Shown: positions 35,801 to 46,555, counted from the stretch's first letter. The stretch: DNA of 64,000 bases from Eutreptiella sp. 'Long Island Sound 2002' (GCA_964036045.1 OZ038378.1:143592001-143656000), one strand, 5' to 3'. The notes: generated from the letters alone by a model not told the origin. Translations and numbers: made by a program.

Positions 35801-37073
35801 CATGTATCAACAATTACACAGGGCGTTCAAAATAAATGGGGCATTGGGCTCCTTCTTTCACGCCACGAACGGCGTGCTGCAAGGGTGCGCCATGAGCGTA
35901 CTCATGATCAACATGCTCACCACAGTCTGGATGCGCGCCGTGGACGAGCTGGAAGGAGCCATCTCAGTGACGGTGCGCAGCCTGCCGCCCATACCGCCCA
36001 AGCTGGAAGAGCCCAAGGAGCTGAGGTACAGACGTAAACCCTCCCAGCCCACCACGGTGTCACGCCATCGGCCACCACCGGCCCCAGGCAGGTGTGTCAT
36101 GAAGACCTTCGGCTCGGGGATTGACCAATTTGAATATTGGGAACACTTCAACCCTTGCACATGTGGCCATGGACCCCCACCTCAGCAACCGCAGCCGCCA
36201 CATCCCTCCTCCGCACCCATGCCCGCATGCGATGGACTGGCGGAAGAGGAGATGGCAGCATCGGAGGAGTCCCCACCCCCCAGCCCAGCAAAGCTGAGGG
36301 GTGCTCAACCCCAGCCACAAGAGGCGGGCACGATCCATGTCGGGTCCATGGGCTATGCAGATGACACGTACCCGCTGCGATCCGAGGGCCAATACATGGC
36401 GCCGGTGATGAAGCTCACTGATGAGTGGCTGGCTCTTACCTTGCAAAAAGTGAACCCCAAGAAGTCATTGTCCATACAAGTACGACAATCCAAGGAAATT
36501 GCGCGCAAACACACGGTTCTCCAGGGGATCTCACTCCCCCTCCAAGCTGAATTTCGCTCGCTGGGGGTGGGTATTCGTACCAGCCTGACCAGAGGGACGG
36601 GCCCGCTCCTGAAAAAGAGGATATCCAAGGGGAAACACCTGCTATCCAGAGTGAGGGGTGCACAAGGGGGCTTCAGCCGGCGAACACACATCATTGCCAC
36701 TCTGGTACAAGCCGCAGCCCTATGGGGTACCCCGGGGGCGGAGGTGTCCCGGAGGGATCTACAGAGCTTGGAGACGGCAGTGCTCCACAGTCTGTGGGGC
36801 ACCTCGAGGCCTGGTAGGGCGAAGGAGGTCATCTTCGTGCTGCTAGTACAGGGACACCGAGTGTCTCCTCTCATGAAAATCACGTATGACAGGATGTGTT
36901 GGCTCCTCGCGGTGGCACGCACGCCAGGCCGTGCTACAAGGTGGTGTGCTTACCAAGTGCTCCTCCCTAGTCCCACTGGGAGCCCCCACAGTGGTGGGTG
37001 TGTCTGCGAGACCGTATTTCACACGGCGCCCGGACATGCTAAAACTCCTACAAAACCTGCAAGAGTACTGTGA
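32520..37073 (+). CDS. Retrotransposon pol ORF: 2A-like peptide, AP endonuclease, reverse transcriptase
   Basis: APE: INVTAL, LTETRL, GGAALLV, VVYG, ATDANV, TRIDGIL, PGHKPV. RT: ATGLDGW, LIPKG, LRPLSVL, AFRPQRS, DYVKCFD, LQGCAMS, GYADDT, KVNPKKS, SLGV. The true start is uncertain. Confidence 0.93.
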   Translation: MRCITAMTGSTTGPRMSDTSWASTTCQSPTRSSKGPMRRHETGGYGCGERSPRLTFGISSNAKYGVSQYAWASGAEWLISRIQAQTTAVRPQSPPPEDDDAQPPAYAPRQEFVDQVCADYAWQVSERAVSSASADTCRCSIPLLTPTCLLSSSGSTQNGSYSEATDTADDRDLQICQGAPSLLPMHTLNPTSDQQASRAETESSASLPAKPYARRERPPRLSAERRSVMASAARLLWTSRVGPPPLAVVPETHRNASIHCHRYPRTSLPEPLSPPNRLAYIVPFSLLLPDQPDQNPTLTQSAHELVQPVPPDQWAALHVRAHTRAPTHPHWKRDQILRCGDVHPNPGPTSLALINVTALRAHHHEVLGLQEDIVALTETRLTQGAQNAMAFMVRQKGWQPFWGAPLLSKTGGIWGAAPGGAALLVREKWPAKQAQRDPGCTLSEEMWNSGRWLHVIVTPADGKRPLNVIVVYGIPGDHKLNDKLWEAVLTQVAKLGNSPFLIATDANVQLDHYRCMPNLMMTELLSGRIVDVDLLHARTTGQDCQCSYHNGSIKQKPTRIDGILADAKTASAIMKVSPTERCPVPGHKPVTFTFNFKQSAQRVLKFVRLPPMIPAHLQKSKRDQIVKDVTEPYVAIWEKVLDNEASTADQLWDLWTWLAEETMLVLTMAPPPAVRTGICQLPLAPQELPRGRGTKKMLKTVELTPKRMTSSGLPCTAPTKEMSALLSALVPVMKWAASREQAAVPAMGPIPREVLSNWKAIRRRAHRILQLISKGQCVAEHQELLRTVMEAPENAPMTITDLVRLNDKIKMLSRRQLAQEEKKRHQDWREWIEETWTTSPGKVYQWIKEDKYTPAVLIQKDDGTLTGNVPEMDLVIHQKWDPIMRQHADPTLPEPDTEPFWRRFGKYVEHHRMECQPITAERLCRQFKDMKRSRATGLDGWTVVDMRNMPWPLLHMLAQLLNWVESHGVWPEQLATGYIQLIPKGEGSEPLQLRPLSVLSAIYGAWSGIRLRDCLVWQEKWVHRNAFAFRPQRSALDAATLLAALIERAHLLRQALSGAGTDYVKCFDLIPQQICFRMAREFGLDPKPQAALEAMYQQLHRAFKINGALGSFFHATNGVLQGCAMSVLMINMLTTVWMRAVDELEGAISVTVRSLPPIPPKLEEPKELRYRRKPSQPTTVSRHRPPPAPGRCVMKTFGSGIDQFEYWEHFNPCTCGHGPPPQQPQPPHPSSAPMPACDGLAEEEMAASEESPPPSPAKLRGAQPQPQEAGTIHVGSMGYADDTYPLRSEGQYMAPVMKLTDEWLALTLQKVNPKKSLSIQVRQSKEIARKHTVLQGISLPLQAEFRSLGVGIRTSLTRGTGPLLKKRISKGKHLLSRVRGAQGGFSRRTHIIATLVQAAALWGTPGAEVSRRDLQSLETAVLHSLWGTSRPGRAKEVIFVLLVQGHRVSPLMKITYDRMCWLLAVARTPGRATRWCAYQVLLPSPTGSPHSGGCVCETVFHTAPGHAKTPTKPARVL
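33516..33563 (+). other. 2A-like (StopGo) peptide RDQILRCGDVHPNPGP immediately upstream of APE
   Basis: Matches DxExNPGP except E->H. This position before APE is where 2A-like sequences are known in non-LTR elements such as L1Tc. Confidence 0.75.
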
Positions 37074-38886
37074 GCTGCGCTGGACGGCTGTGCTACAGGC
37101 ACCGCCCCCCTCACCGGACACCAGGCGGAGGAATGCCCAGCGGGCCAAGGAACGGCAAGAGGCGAAGGAGTCCAGCCCCAGCATCAGGGAGCGCATTCCC
37201 AAGCTCAAATACACATCGTCGCTGCTGCCTGCTATGCACACCCCCAGGCATCTCACTGGCAGAGGAGGAGGTAAGAAGAGTGCCACTCTGTTTGCGGCTG
37301 ACTACTTCCCAGCACACCGCCACCCTAGGGCTCCCCCCACGCGGCCCTACCGGCTGCTCCGACCTGCCAAGCAGGCGGCCCCGCCTCAACCTGATGTGGC
37401 TGCAGTGGGCTCGAGTCACCAGGCGGCCCTGCCGGCGGGGCGAGCGGCAGCGCCCAGCGATCTGTCTCAGCGAGTAGATGCGCTAACGCCCCCAGATGCG
37501 CCTCTAGGTTGGGCCCCGCCGTCGTCGTCACCTCCAGTGCAGGTGGAGTACACCTCGGAGGAAGGGCCCTCTACCCCGGAGGTCTTCTCCTCGTCGTCCT
37601 CATGGGAATCTGAGCCCAACAACAACGGGGGGCACTATCGACGAGCAGCGATGGGGCCCAGGTGCGGCCCCGCACGGTCCCCACTGCCACACGCAGTGCC
37701 CCGCACGCGCGCTCCCAGGGCCCGATCCGTTCACCGGTCAGGGAACCCGGCGCCGAGGAAGACACGGCGTAGGGTGCCTCCCGCGCGGGCGCCCCGAGGG
37801 ATCAAAAGGCGGCAGTCCATCACGGAAGGGCGGGGGAGCCCACGACGCAAGCGACCCCAACTGCAGCAAGGGGATGAGCAGTCACATACGGCCCTGGAGG
37901 CCCCAGGCCGTCACAGGGGCCCAGCTGGAGCTCCCCTCCCCATGTCCAGGCACACGCTCTCATACCTACAGCTCACAGGAGCTATCACTCGGGCGTCACG
38001 CATAGTGGTGGTGAGCACCCCAGAGGGGCAGCGCACCCCACTACCGACACGGAGCCCGGTGCAGCCTCCAAACGAAAGGGGACGCGACATTCCCCCGGGA
38101 ATAGCACGGATGCTACAGCAGATCAGAGTGCCTCACGCCAGGCCACAACCGCTGCCGCCCCAAAGGGAAACACGGCCCAGCGCGCGGACTTCACGCGCCG
38201 CCGTCCTGCCCACCGGCCCTCGGATGGGGTTCGATAGCATTTGCACCCCGTCTCCGCGGGTGCTGAGTAGGCCAGGGCAATTCTCGCCATCTCCGGCATG
38301 GTCACCGGCGGTGACTTCCAGTTGGCACTCAGTGCGGCACATGTCCCCAGAACATTGGTCGCCCGCGTGCACACCAGGGGGGGGGTCTAACCGACAGCAG
38401 GATCCACCTCACCTGCCCCCCATCCCGCTGGCGCCCCTATTTGAGAGCGCCATGTCTACCCCGCGAAGGAACAGCACTCAGAGTGCGTCTGATGAGGACG
38501 TGCAACAATATGCAGTCCAGTATTCTGCCCCCCCCGAACTGCCCCCCACCCTGCTGGCGCCACTTTTTGAGAGCGTGATGTCTGCCCCACGAGTGGGCAG
38601 CACTCATCGGGAGTGCGATGAGGACATGGGTCAGTACGAAGTCCAGTACTCTACCCCACCCTCCGGGGGGGAATGGCCCCCTAACCCCTTTACCTTTCCC
38701 TCTCCACGCGGAGCACAGCGGCTCTGCACGGAATTGCCTGGCATGGCCCGACAGGGCCAGGGGTGGGTTCGTGATCCCCATGCACGACACTCCACCATGC
38801 TGTACAGCATGCAGGAGGGTGACCTGTCTTCCAACAGCGCGGATGGGCTCATGAAGCATGGACGGGCCTCACGTGAGGTGACCTAA
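36886..38886 (+). CDS. Frame-shifted continuation of pol: about 600 aa Pro/Ser/Arg-rich tail with a 42-aa duplication
   Basis: Open frame overlapping the end of the RT ORF. A 126-bp direct repeat at 38404/38530 encodes PP.LPP..LAPLFES.MS.PR..ST...DED..QY.VQYS. Confidence 0.55.
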   Translation: MTGCVGSSRWHARQAVLQGGVLTKCSSLVPLGAPTVVGVSARPYFTRRPDMLKLLQNLQEYCELRWTAVLQAPPPSPDTRRRNAQRAKERQEAKESSPSIRERIPKLKYTSSLLPAMHTPRHLTGRGGGKKSATLFAADYFPAHRHPRAPPTRPYRLLRPAKQAAPPQPDVAAVGSSHQAALPAGRAAAPSDLSQRVDALTPPDAPLGWAPPSSSPPVQVEYTSEEGPSTPEVFSSSSSWESEPNNNGGHYRRAAMGPRCGPARSPLPHAVPRTRAPRARSVHRSGNPAPRKTRRRVPPARAPRGIKRRQSITEGRGSPRRKRPQLQQGDEQSHTALEAPGRHRGPAGAPLPMSRHTLSYLQLTGAITRASRIVVVSTPEGQRTPLPTRSPVQPPNERGRDIPPGIARMLQQIRVPHARPQPLPPQRETRPSARTSRAAVLPTGPRMGFDSICTPSPRVLSRPGQFSPSPAWSPAVTSSWHSVRHMSPEHWSPACTPGGGSNRQQDPPHLPPIPLAPLFESAMSTPRRNSTQSASDEDVQQYAVQYSAPPELPPTLLAPLFESVMSAPRVGSTHRECDEDMGQYEVQYSTPPSGGEWPPNPFTFPSPRGAQRLCTELPGMARQGQGWVRDPHARHSTMLYSMQEGDLSSNSADGLMKHGRASREVT

Positions 38887-39228
38887 AGGCCGGAGGGAGG
38901 AGCCTCTTGTCATACAGGGCGGCAGCTCTCCAGGCACCCGCGCGACTTGCCCCTTGGGTGAGTCTGGGAGCTGGAATGGGTAGAAGCCCCATGGACTATT
39001 GCTCCTTAATATGATTTCCTTCCTTGGCGTAGCTTATATAAGGGGGGGGGGGGTACTGAAAACCAGTTGCCCTGCCGGACGCTAGGGGCATGCCCGGTTC
39101 GTTCTAAAGGGCTTGCAGTGCGGTATGGCGAGATCCTGCCGTCATCAGGGCCGTCGCCAGCGCCCAGCTGCTGCCCGTGGGAGACGCAGGGACACAAAGG
39201 AGGTGTACGGGGATGCAGGGTCGTCAAG

Positions 39229-40826
39229 GGGGGCGTACCGTGCGCTGTGCACGCGCTGTGCACGCGCTGTGCGAAAAGTTGGCTGTTCTCCACCACTGGG
39301 AGTTCGGTAAGTTCAGAAGATTGAAAGGACGTCATTGAATGGCTGCTGCAGTGGACGGGGCTATAGGGGGCAGAATTTAGGTCCCTGGGACCCATGGCAA
39401 GCATCAGATGTTTGAATTTTTGAGTTTTGAATTGATTGTGCATGATTCCGCAGGTGGGTGGTTTTCAGGGTTGTTACCTGGATAATCACCGTAACAATTG
39501 GCGCTGTGCGCGCGCTGTGCGAAAACGCCCCCCCAAGCTACAGTACGCGTAGGGACCGTAATAATTGTGTACATTGGCGTAGCTTATACAAGGGGGGGGG
39601 GGTAGAGCAATGAAGAGGAAGAACGCTATTACAGAGCCACGGCTGAGAAAAATCCACGGAGACACAAAAGCTGCGGTTCATCGCTTGCGTAGAGAGGGCG
39701 GTGAAGCATCAGATACTCGGCTCACGTCCAAGCCCGTGGCACCGGCATACAACCATCGCTTGAATCTCAAGACAGTGCAGGTCAATGCGTGCCACTTCAT
39801 CATCTGCTATGCACACAGCCCCTCCGTTTGAGCAGGCACCCATTGTCTGCGCTTGAACTGCTACCGTTGTCCATATGGAGAGGGAGAGAGACGTAGAAGG
39901 GGGGGGGGGGGGGTGATCGTGAGGCCACTGGGGGACTATCCGCACCATGTGCACTGTGGCAAGGCTCGGAAGTAAACCCGCCATCCCTACCAATCTGCGG
40001 AATGGTCTGTTCTGTCCTGGTCCGCATCCTCCGGCAAGTTCCCATACATATCACAAGTGTTGTGTGTTGTGCGGACGATCTGCTGTTCTAAATTCCAGTC
40101 CCACCAGTACAGGCACAGCCCCTCCTACACCACATTCGCTGTGCCATCCATCAATGTGGATGCCATTTTGGGCGCCAAATGAACTTGCACAAACCTGCCT
40201 TCCTCCTCAAAGGTTTCCCAAGCCTCGCCAGACCAGCTCACTGTCGCCTTGGTCCAGGCGCCATGCACAGAAAATCACCTCGCAGAAAGATTGAGGGCAG
40301 GCATGAGCATTTCAAACACAACAATACCCCTATCCCCCCCAATATTTTATAAAACCCAAAATACCCCACACACGCAACACCTGCACTGCAGATCATCCTT
40401 ACACAAGTCACCCCACGGGCCAAAAAGATGAAACCCAATATCTATGAACATGATTTCCACACACCCATTGCTCCAAGAATGCTCGATTTCTCATTTTTCA
40501 CCACACTGGGGGCGTACCGTGCGCTGTGCGCGCGCTGTGCGAAAAGTTGGCTGTTCTCCACCACCGGGAGTTCGGTAAGTTCAGAAGATTGAAAGGACGT
40601 CATTGAATGGCTGCTGCAGTGGACGGGGCTATAGGGGGCAGAATTTAGGTCCCTGGGACCCATGGCAAGCATCAGATGTTTGAATTTTTGAGTTTTGAAT
40701 TGATTGTGCATGATTCCGCAGGTGGGTGGTTTTCAGGGTTGTTACCTGGATAATCACCGTAACAATTGGCGCTGTGCCCGCGCTGTGCCCGTGCTGTGCG
40801 CGCGCTGTGCGAAAACGCCCCCCAAG
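39229..40826. repeat. Two near-identical copies of an interspersed repeat of about 310 bp (39229-39536 and 40508-40826)
   Basis: Direct comparison. The second copy is flanked by a 35-bp direct repeat (40473-40507 / 40822-40856, 2 mismatches). Confidence 0.85.
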
Positions 40827-42840
40827 AATGCTCGATTTCTCATTTTCCGCCACACTGTCTCCCGACTCGGGTATGGTTCCCCATGGAACATCACACGCCC
40901 TGTGGCAGGAACTGGGCCAGACAGCTGATGCCAGACAGCCCTCTGACCAGTGCCGGCAGCTCCTGCAGCTGCTCCACGGACTGCTTGTGTGACGCCCACA
41001 GCACAACCTCTGTCCACAGCTGAACTCGATCTCCCCCCCCCCCCCCCCACAACCTTCAATGCCTGCCGAGAAGCACAAGCCAAGCCGTAGGATTACCGAC
41101 GGTGTATCTGAGCTCACACATATACTACACACACAAAATAGACTAGGACCTCAGTGACTGTATGGCCGAATGAGTGCTGGTTTTACCAACAGAAATTCAG
41201 TAGGACAGTGGTACAGCATGCAGACAGTGAGTGTGTTTTAGGGCCGTCAACACCCGCATCACGCCGGCAACAGAATCAGAAAGGCTATGCGCCCACCAGG
41301 TACCGTATAAGCTATCCGACTGATGTCCATAGTGAAATGCCGCCCGTACATAGCAATTTTCAATGACATTTGAACCGTTGCAGTGGAATCATGATGGCGT
41401 CCAATATTTTACTTTTGGCCTGCCCAACCCCCTGACTAGGTGCCCCATTTTTTGAGCAGGGGGTGGGGGGGTGGGGGGACATTTTTTTGACCTTGGATTT
41501 CGGATTCTTTGGACATTGAACATATGTGGGGCTTGCTTGGGCCATGTGGCAGGGAAATTGAACTAATCAAAATGGATTTTTAGATCCGTTCACCCCCCCC
41601 CCCCCCAATGGTCAAAAGTAGCATCCAAATGGGAAGAAAAAGTGTCGCATAGCACTGGAAGGGGTATCCCAAATTCCAGACCGAGCGGCCTCGGGTGTCA
41701 TCGGCCCTGGATCTCAGGGAATGCCATGCACGCAGTGTGAACGCAGTGCAAAGTTTTGTACATTGGTCACTACCCGAATCCTAGTTTTGGTACTTTTGCG
41801 GAGGTTTGTTGTTCCATAATAGGGTTTTTTAAGCTTCTTATGCATTCGGTAGCCCTTCTTGATTGGATTATGCTTTGGCTTTCAAAAAAAACTAATTGGA
41901 TGGTGCTCTTTGTGGTGCTCTACTTTGACTGTGTGGTTTATGTGGCCTTGGTTTCCGTCATAAAATCATTTTGGAACCTTAAAACCTGCAGTGGTTTTCT
42001 GATTGGAACTACTCACCAACTTGCATTGGAGCTCCACATCTTTGTAGTTGCATGCCATCGCGTAGTTGTACTCTACAACGCTAATTGAGATGTTCATAGG
42101 TTCCCAAGCACAGTCTTGAGTACTCTTTGAACTTCTGGAGTCAGTCAAAAAAAAATAATTGAGATGTTCATAGGTACATCAAAGTACGCCGACCCGGAAT
42201 GCTTTTGTACCGACTTTGAGTGCATCCTGTGAGGTGAGGGACTGGTACCACAACTATGAAACCTGGGGCCTTCCTAGGTGTTGAGGTGGTCAGCAATTGA
42301 GCTTTCCGAAATGTGTCTGCTTGCACTGCGGCTACTCATTGCAAACCCAGGGCTGGATGGGTCCCAGGCTTGGGGGTTTGCAGGAGGGTCTCTTTGAGGA
42401 ACCCCCCGTGTCCAACTAAGACCTTGCCCAGCGAACACTTCCGTTCGAACTTGTGTTTGCGAGCGGTGCGAGCAAATAAAAGTTTTCGAACAGTATGTAT
42501 CTAGTTGTATTGTATTTCAGTTGCAATTTGTTGCCGGGCCACCCTGGTCCAACAGGCCAGCCCGGACACAGACGAGACTGTACGGCGATTGCTGAAAACT
42601 GTAATTCTGGGGACCTAATTAATTGGGACCCGGTGTGTGATGGTGCGTTTGATCAGGCTCTCCTGTGCCATGCCCCCGTTGCCGTCCCTTGCATCAGATC
42701 TTCTGCATGTCCATCGCAGTCAACACGGCGGGCAGCAGTGCAGCGTACAGGCCCACCACTGGCCCCTGCAGGAGTCTTTCCCCGGGACACACAGCAATCG
42801 CCAGCCCTTAACTACCCGCGGCACCTCAGAGCCTCTGAAC

Positions 42841-43074
42841 ATGGTCTCCCCCCAAATCATTTGGCCCCTGGTGCGCCTCGATGGCTCCGGTCGCATGTGC
42901 ATCGAGCTCTCCGTCGTTGCCGCTGCCGCCTTTGCGGCCGGCATGGCCCTGTGGGGCATCGCCCAGCACCTGCGGTGTTTTGTCTGGCCAGAAATGCAGA
43001 AGTACTACGTTCGGATCCTCGCGTTCATCCCCATAAGTTGCCTGGCCTGCACCCTGTCATTTCTGTACCCGCAG
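42841..43074 (+). CDS. OST-alpha/TMEM184 family transporter, exon 1
   Basis: TM helix, then QHL....PEMQKYYVRILAFIPI...LSFLYPQ, the family N-terminal motif. Donor CAG|GT at 43075, phase 0. Confidence 0.8.
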
Positions 43075-45907
43075 GTGTCTGTGCCAACTGCAACGGAATG
43101 CTGCGTGGGTGGCTGCACCTTTGGAAATGCAGGGAGGGGCATGGGGGTGCAGGGAGGTGCAGGGAGGTCAAGGAGTGCAGCCTGTCCGCATTCCAGACGC
43201 ATGTGGAGACAGGGCCGCTGACCACCCCGGCGCCACATAGGGACGTGATAGGCCACGGCTGTCCTGATGAGACAGCGTGTGCGTCCCGTGCCCCAATGTC
43301 AGTGCGGAGATACGGGCACGAGGGCTTTTGCAGGCGTCATCATTGGGGCCCCGATGGCCGCGCCAAGTGCCATACCCAAGCGGTCGTCCGCTAGCGGGGG
43401 CGGGGCCTTCTGCCGCCCGCCGCCCGCGCGAGGTCCTGTGCACCCTGGTGCGCCTGGCGCCTCCCCGGGCGAAGGGCGTAGAGACCCCCCCCAAGGGCCA
43501 CCAGCCGTTTTATTGATCCTGGTTGTTCTTTAGAGTCGGCAGAAAGGACAAGCACCCGCAGAGCTAACCGCAAAAAACGCCTCACTGTACTTTACATAGT
43601 GGAGCACCCCAACCAAGAAGGGGACACGTGCATTGATTGGACTTCGCAGTACTGCTGGACTAATGGCTGGAATTGTCTATGGCGGGGACATTCAGTCTAT
43701 CGGAACCGACCATTGATCCCCCCCCAGCCGTGTCCCAGGCACCGTGCAGGCGGCAGCCGCGTCCGGCGCCCCGAGATCCTGCCGTCATCAGGGCCGTAGC
43801 CAGCGCCCAGCTGCTGCCCGTGGGAGACGCAGGGACACAAAGGAGGTGTACAGGGATGCAGGGTCGTCAAGGAGGTGCAGGGAGGGTGATGGGGGTGCAG
43901 GGCAGGGCTTCGCTTGAAGGGGAGGGGGGGCGATCGGGGCAATTCCAGAGCGGTTGCAGAGCGGTCACAGGGGATGTGAAAGCGGTTGGGGGTTGGGCGG
44001 TTACTGGCGGTTGGAAATGCGGTTGGGGCTCTGGTGTTGGGGTGTGGGAATGTGAATCAGGGCCGGAGTGTTGGGGGGGCAACCCCCCCCCCTTTCAAGC
44101 GATGCCCTGGTGCAGGGAGGTGATCGAGGTACAGGTGGTTGGTGTTTGGTGTGGAGGCGCCCAGCCTTTGCCAATGGGACCCTTGTCGGCACGTCCTCCC
44201 GGGGTAGAGTGCAAGGAAGCAGTGCAGCCCTCTGGCCCAGTTGGCGACGAAATGAGCGCTGGTTCCTGGTTGCGGGGCTGGGGTGAGGGCAGGGGGGCTG
44301 CCTGCACTCCGTGCACCTCCTTGACTTGGCGGCCCAAAAATTGCTTTGCGGGGGGGGGGATGGCATGGGCGCCCGGCGAAGGAGAGGGGGGGGGGGTGTT
44401 CCAGAAATGGGCATCCGTGCCGGGCCCTTTGTTTTGTGTAAGGACGGATGTTGCCACCAAAGGCGCCGGAACACAAATTTTGGCCCGGAAAATTTTTTTC
44501 ACGAAAAAATTTTCCCCCACATATGTGTAGTCAAAATGATCAGCGCGACGTGGGGATCATTTTGAGCCATGTATGTTGGGGTCGCCCCCCCCCCCCCCCC
44601 CGGCACGGCAGGTAGGGCAGCGCCAGCCCAAACCCCCCTCCGGGCACGGCAACCAAGGAGGGGGAGTGGGGGCGGTTGGGCAAATGGGCTTCCGTGCCAT
44701 CCCCCCTCTGCAAAGCAATTTTCTTCCCGCCCTGCCTGCACTCTTGCACCTCCTTGACTTCCCACAGTCTCCCTAACCCTCCCTACACCTCCCTCACCTC
44801 GTTGTCAAGGATGTGTAAGGAGGGGTGGGGAGATGCATGGAGGCCAAGGAGGTGCAGGGGCGGGGGGTGTAGGGGGTTGCAGGGACACGGTGTAGGAGGT
44901 GCAGGGAGTGGTAGGGAGATCAAAGAGGTGCGGCAAGGGTTACGGACATGTAGGGAGGTTAAGGAGGTGCGGCGTGGACAGGGAGGTGCGGGGGGGTCAA
45001 GGTTTTGGAAGGTTTTCTTTACTTTCTTTATTTTTCGATCATTGGGTTCGCTTCTTCCTGGTGTTGCCTTCACATCAAAGGTGTGGCTGGCACCGGGCAG
45101 CGTACTCTGTAGTGTCGTCAGGAGAAGACATTGTCCTCTCTCGTTGTGATGGGTGGGACTAAAGATGCCCCCCCCCCCGTGTTCAACGAACGCCTTGTCC
45201 CACGAACACTTCTGTTCAGACCGTATTGTTTTGGTACCTGAATTAATTGGGAACCAAATTGGGTTAATTGATTAATTCGGTAAAGAACGGCGTGTCCAAC
45301 GCACACTCCTGTTCGGACCGCTTTTTTTTTGGATTTTATTGTTCGCTGGACATGGGGGGGGGGATTGTGATACGATGTGATACTATGTTCACTGCAAGCA
45401 ACAAAAACAAGAGGTCATGAGGTCCAGTTGCAGGGAGGGGTAGGGAGACGTTGGGAGGCCGGGGGGCGTGCAGGATGGGGGTAGGGAGATGCAAGGAGGT
45501 CAAGGACGTGCAGGAAGGGGATGGGGAAGGGAGGTGTAGGGAGGTGAAGGGGCAGGGAGTGGTATGGCGATGCCGGGCAGTTCAGGAGGTGCACGGAGGT
45601 GCACAGAGGTCAAGGAGGTGGAGGGAGGGGGTGGGAGGGGTACGGAGGTGCGGGGTGCTCAAGGAGGTGCAGGGAAGAGTGGAGAGATGCAGCGATGTCA
45701 ACGAGGGGCAGGCAGGGGTAGGGGGGGGGGTGAGGAGGTGCAGGGAGGCCAAGAAGGTACAGGGAGGGGGGGGGGCGGGGAGATGCAGAGAGGTCAAGGA
45801 GGTGCAAGGAGGGGTAGGGGCATGCGGGGACGCCAAGGGGGCGCACCGTGCCCTGTGCGTGCGCTGTGCGAAAAGTCGGCTGTTTTCCACCACCGGTAGC
45901 CCCGGCT

Positions 45908-46295
45908 CCCAGGGTTCTGAATCCTGCATCCTACAGCCCCTGCTGGTACACCAGTGCTTGCCACGGGTCCCAGGATCCTGAATCCTGCACCCTACAGCCC
46001 CTGCTGGTACACCAGTGCCTGCCACGGGTCCCAGGGTTCTGAATCCTGCATCCTACAGCCCCTGCTGGTACACCAGTGCTTGCCACGGGTCCCAGGGTCC
46101 TGAATCCTGCACCCTACAGCCCCTGCTGGTACACCAGTGCCTGCCACGGGTCCCAGGGTCCTGAATCCTGCACCCTACAGCCCCTGCTGGTACACCAGTG
46201 CCTGCCACGGGTCCCAGGGTCCTGAATCCTGCACCCTACAGCCCCTGCTGGTACACCAGTGCCTGCCACGGGTCCCAGGGTCCTGAATCCTGCAC
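45908..46295. repeat. 61-bp minisatellite, about 6.3 copies, in intron 1 of the TMEM184-like gene
   Basis: Unit CCCAGGGTCCTGAATCCTGCACCCTACAGCCCCTGCTGGTACACCAGTGCCTGCCACGGGT; no spacers. Confidence 0.92.
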
Positions 46296-46555
46296 CCCCG
46301 ATGCTGTTTTGAATGGATCATGCACGCTTCTGTAGGGGGGTGCTTTGCAGGGGTGTTCCCGGGATAAACACCGTAACGATTGGCGCTGTGCGAAAACGCC
46401 TCCCAAGGAAAGGAGGTGCAGGGAGGGGTACGGAGTTACAGACAGCAACCCCCGCCACGCCGTTGCCCGGTGCCCCCCTGACGCCCCCCCCCTCACCCCT
46501 GCCGCCGCCTTGCCTCCTCTTCCACGCCCCCTTCCGGCCCTTCCCGGCCTCCCAG

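Larger units (their letters stand above)
29391..39023 (+). mobile_element. Apparently full-length APE-type non-LTR retrotransposon (9,633 bp)
   Basis: Identical 20-bp TSD TTGGCGTAGCTTATATAAGG at 29371-29390 and 39024-39043. It contains ORF1, an extra ORF and an APE-RT ORF. The 3' end is ...ATGATTTCCTTCC, with no poly-A. Confidence 0.92.
29034..39053. mobile_element. MITE of about 370 bp (TIR Cn-TTGTATAAGCyACGCC, TA-flanked), split by the LINE insertion
   Basis: TA at 29032-33 and 39054-55. A near-identical inverted copy is at 47511-48039 and a partial copy at about 39537-39602. A diverged MITE-free version of the host repeat at about 52330-52460 has a single TA. Confidence 0.8.

Noticed and set aside
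39229-40826. Direct repeats as the LTRs of a TRIM/LTR element
   Set aside because: No TG..CA ends, PBS, PPT or shared TSD. Related pieces recur at about 45840 and 46380 as dispersed repeats.
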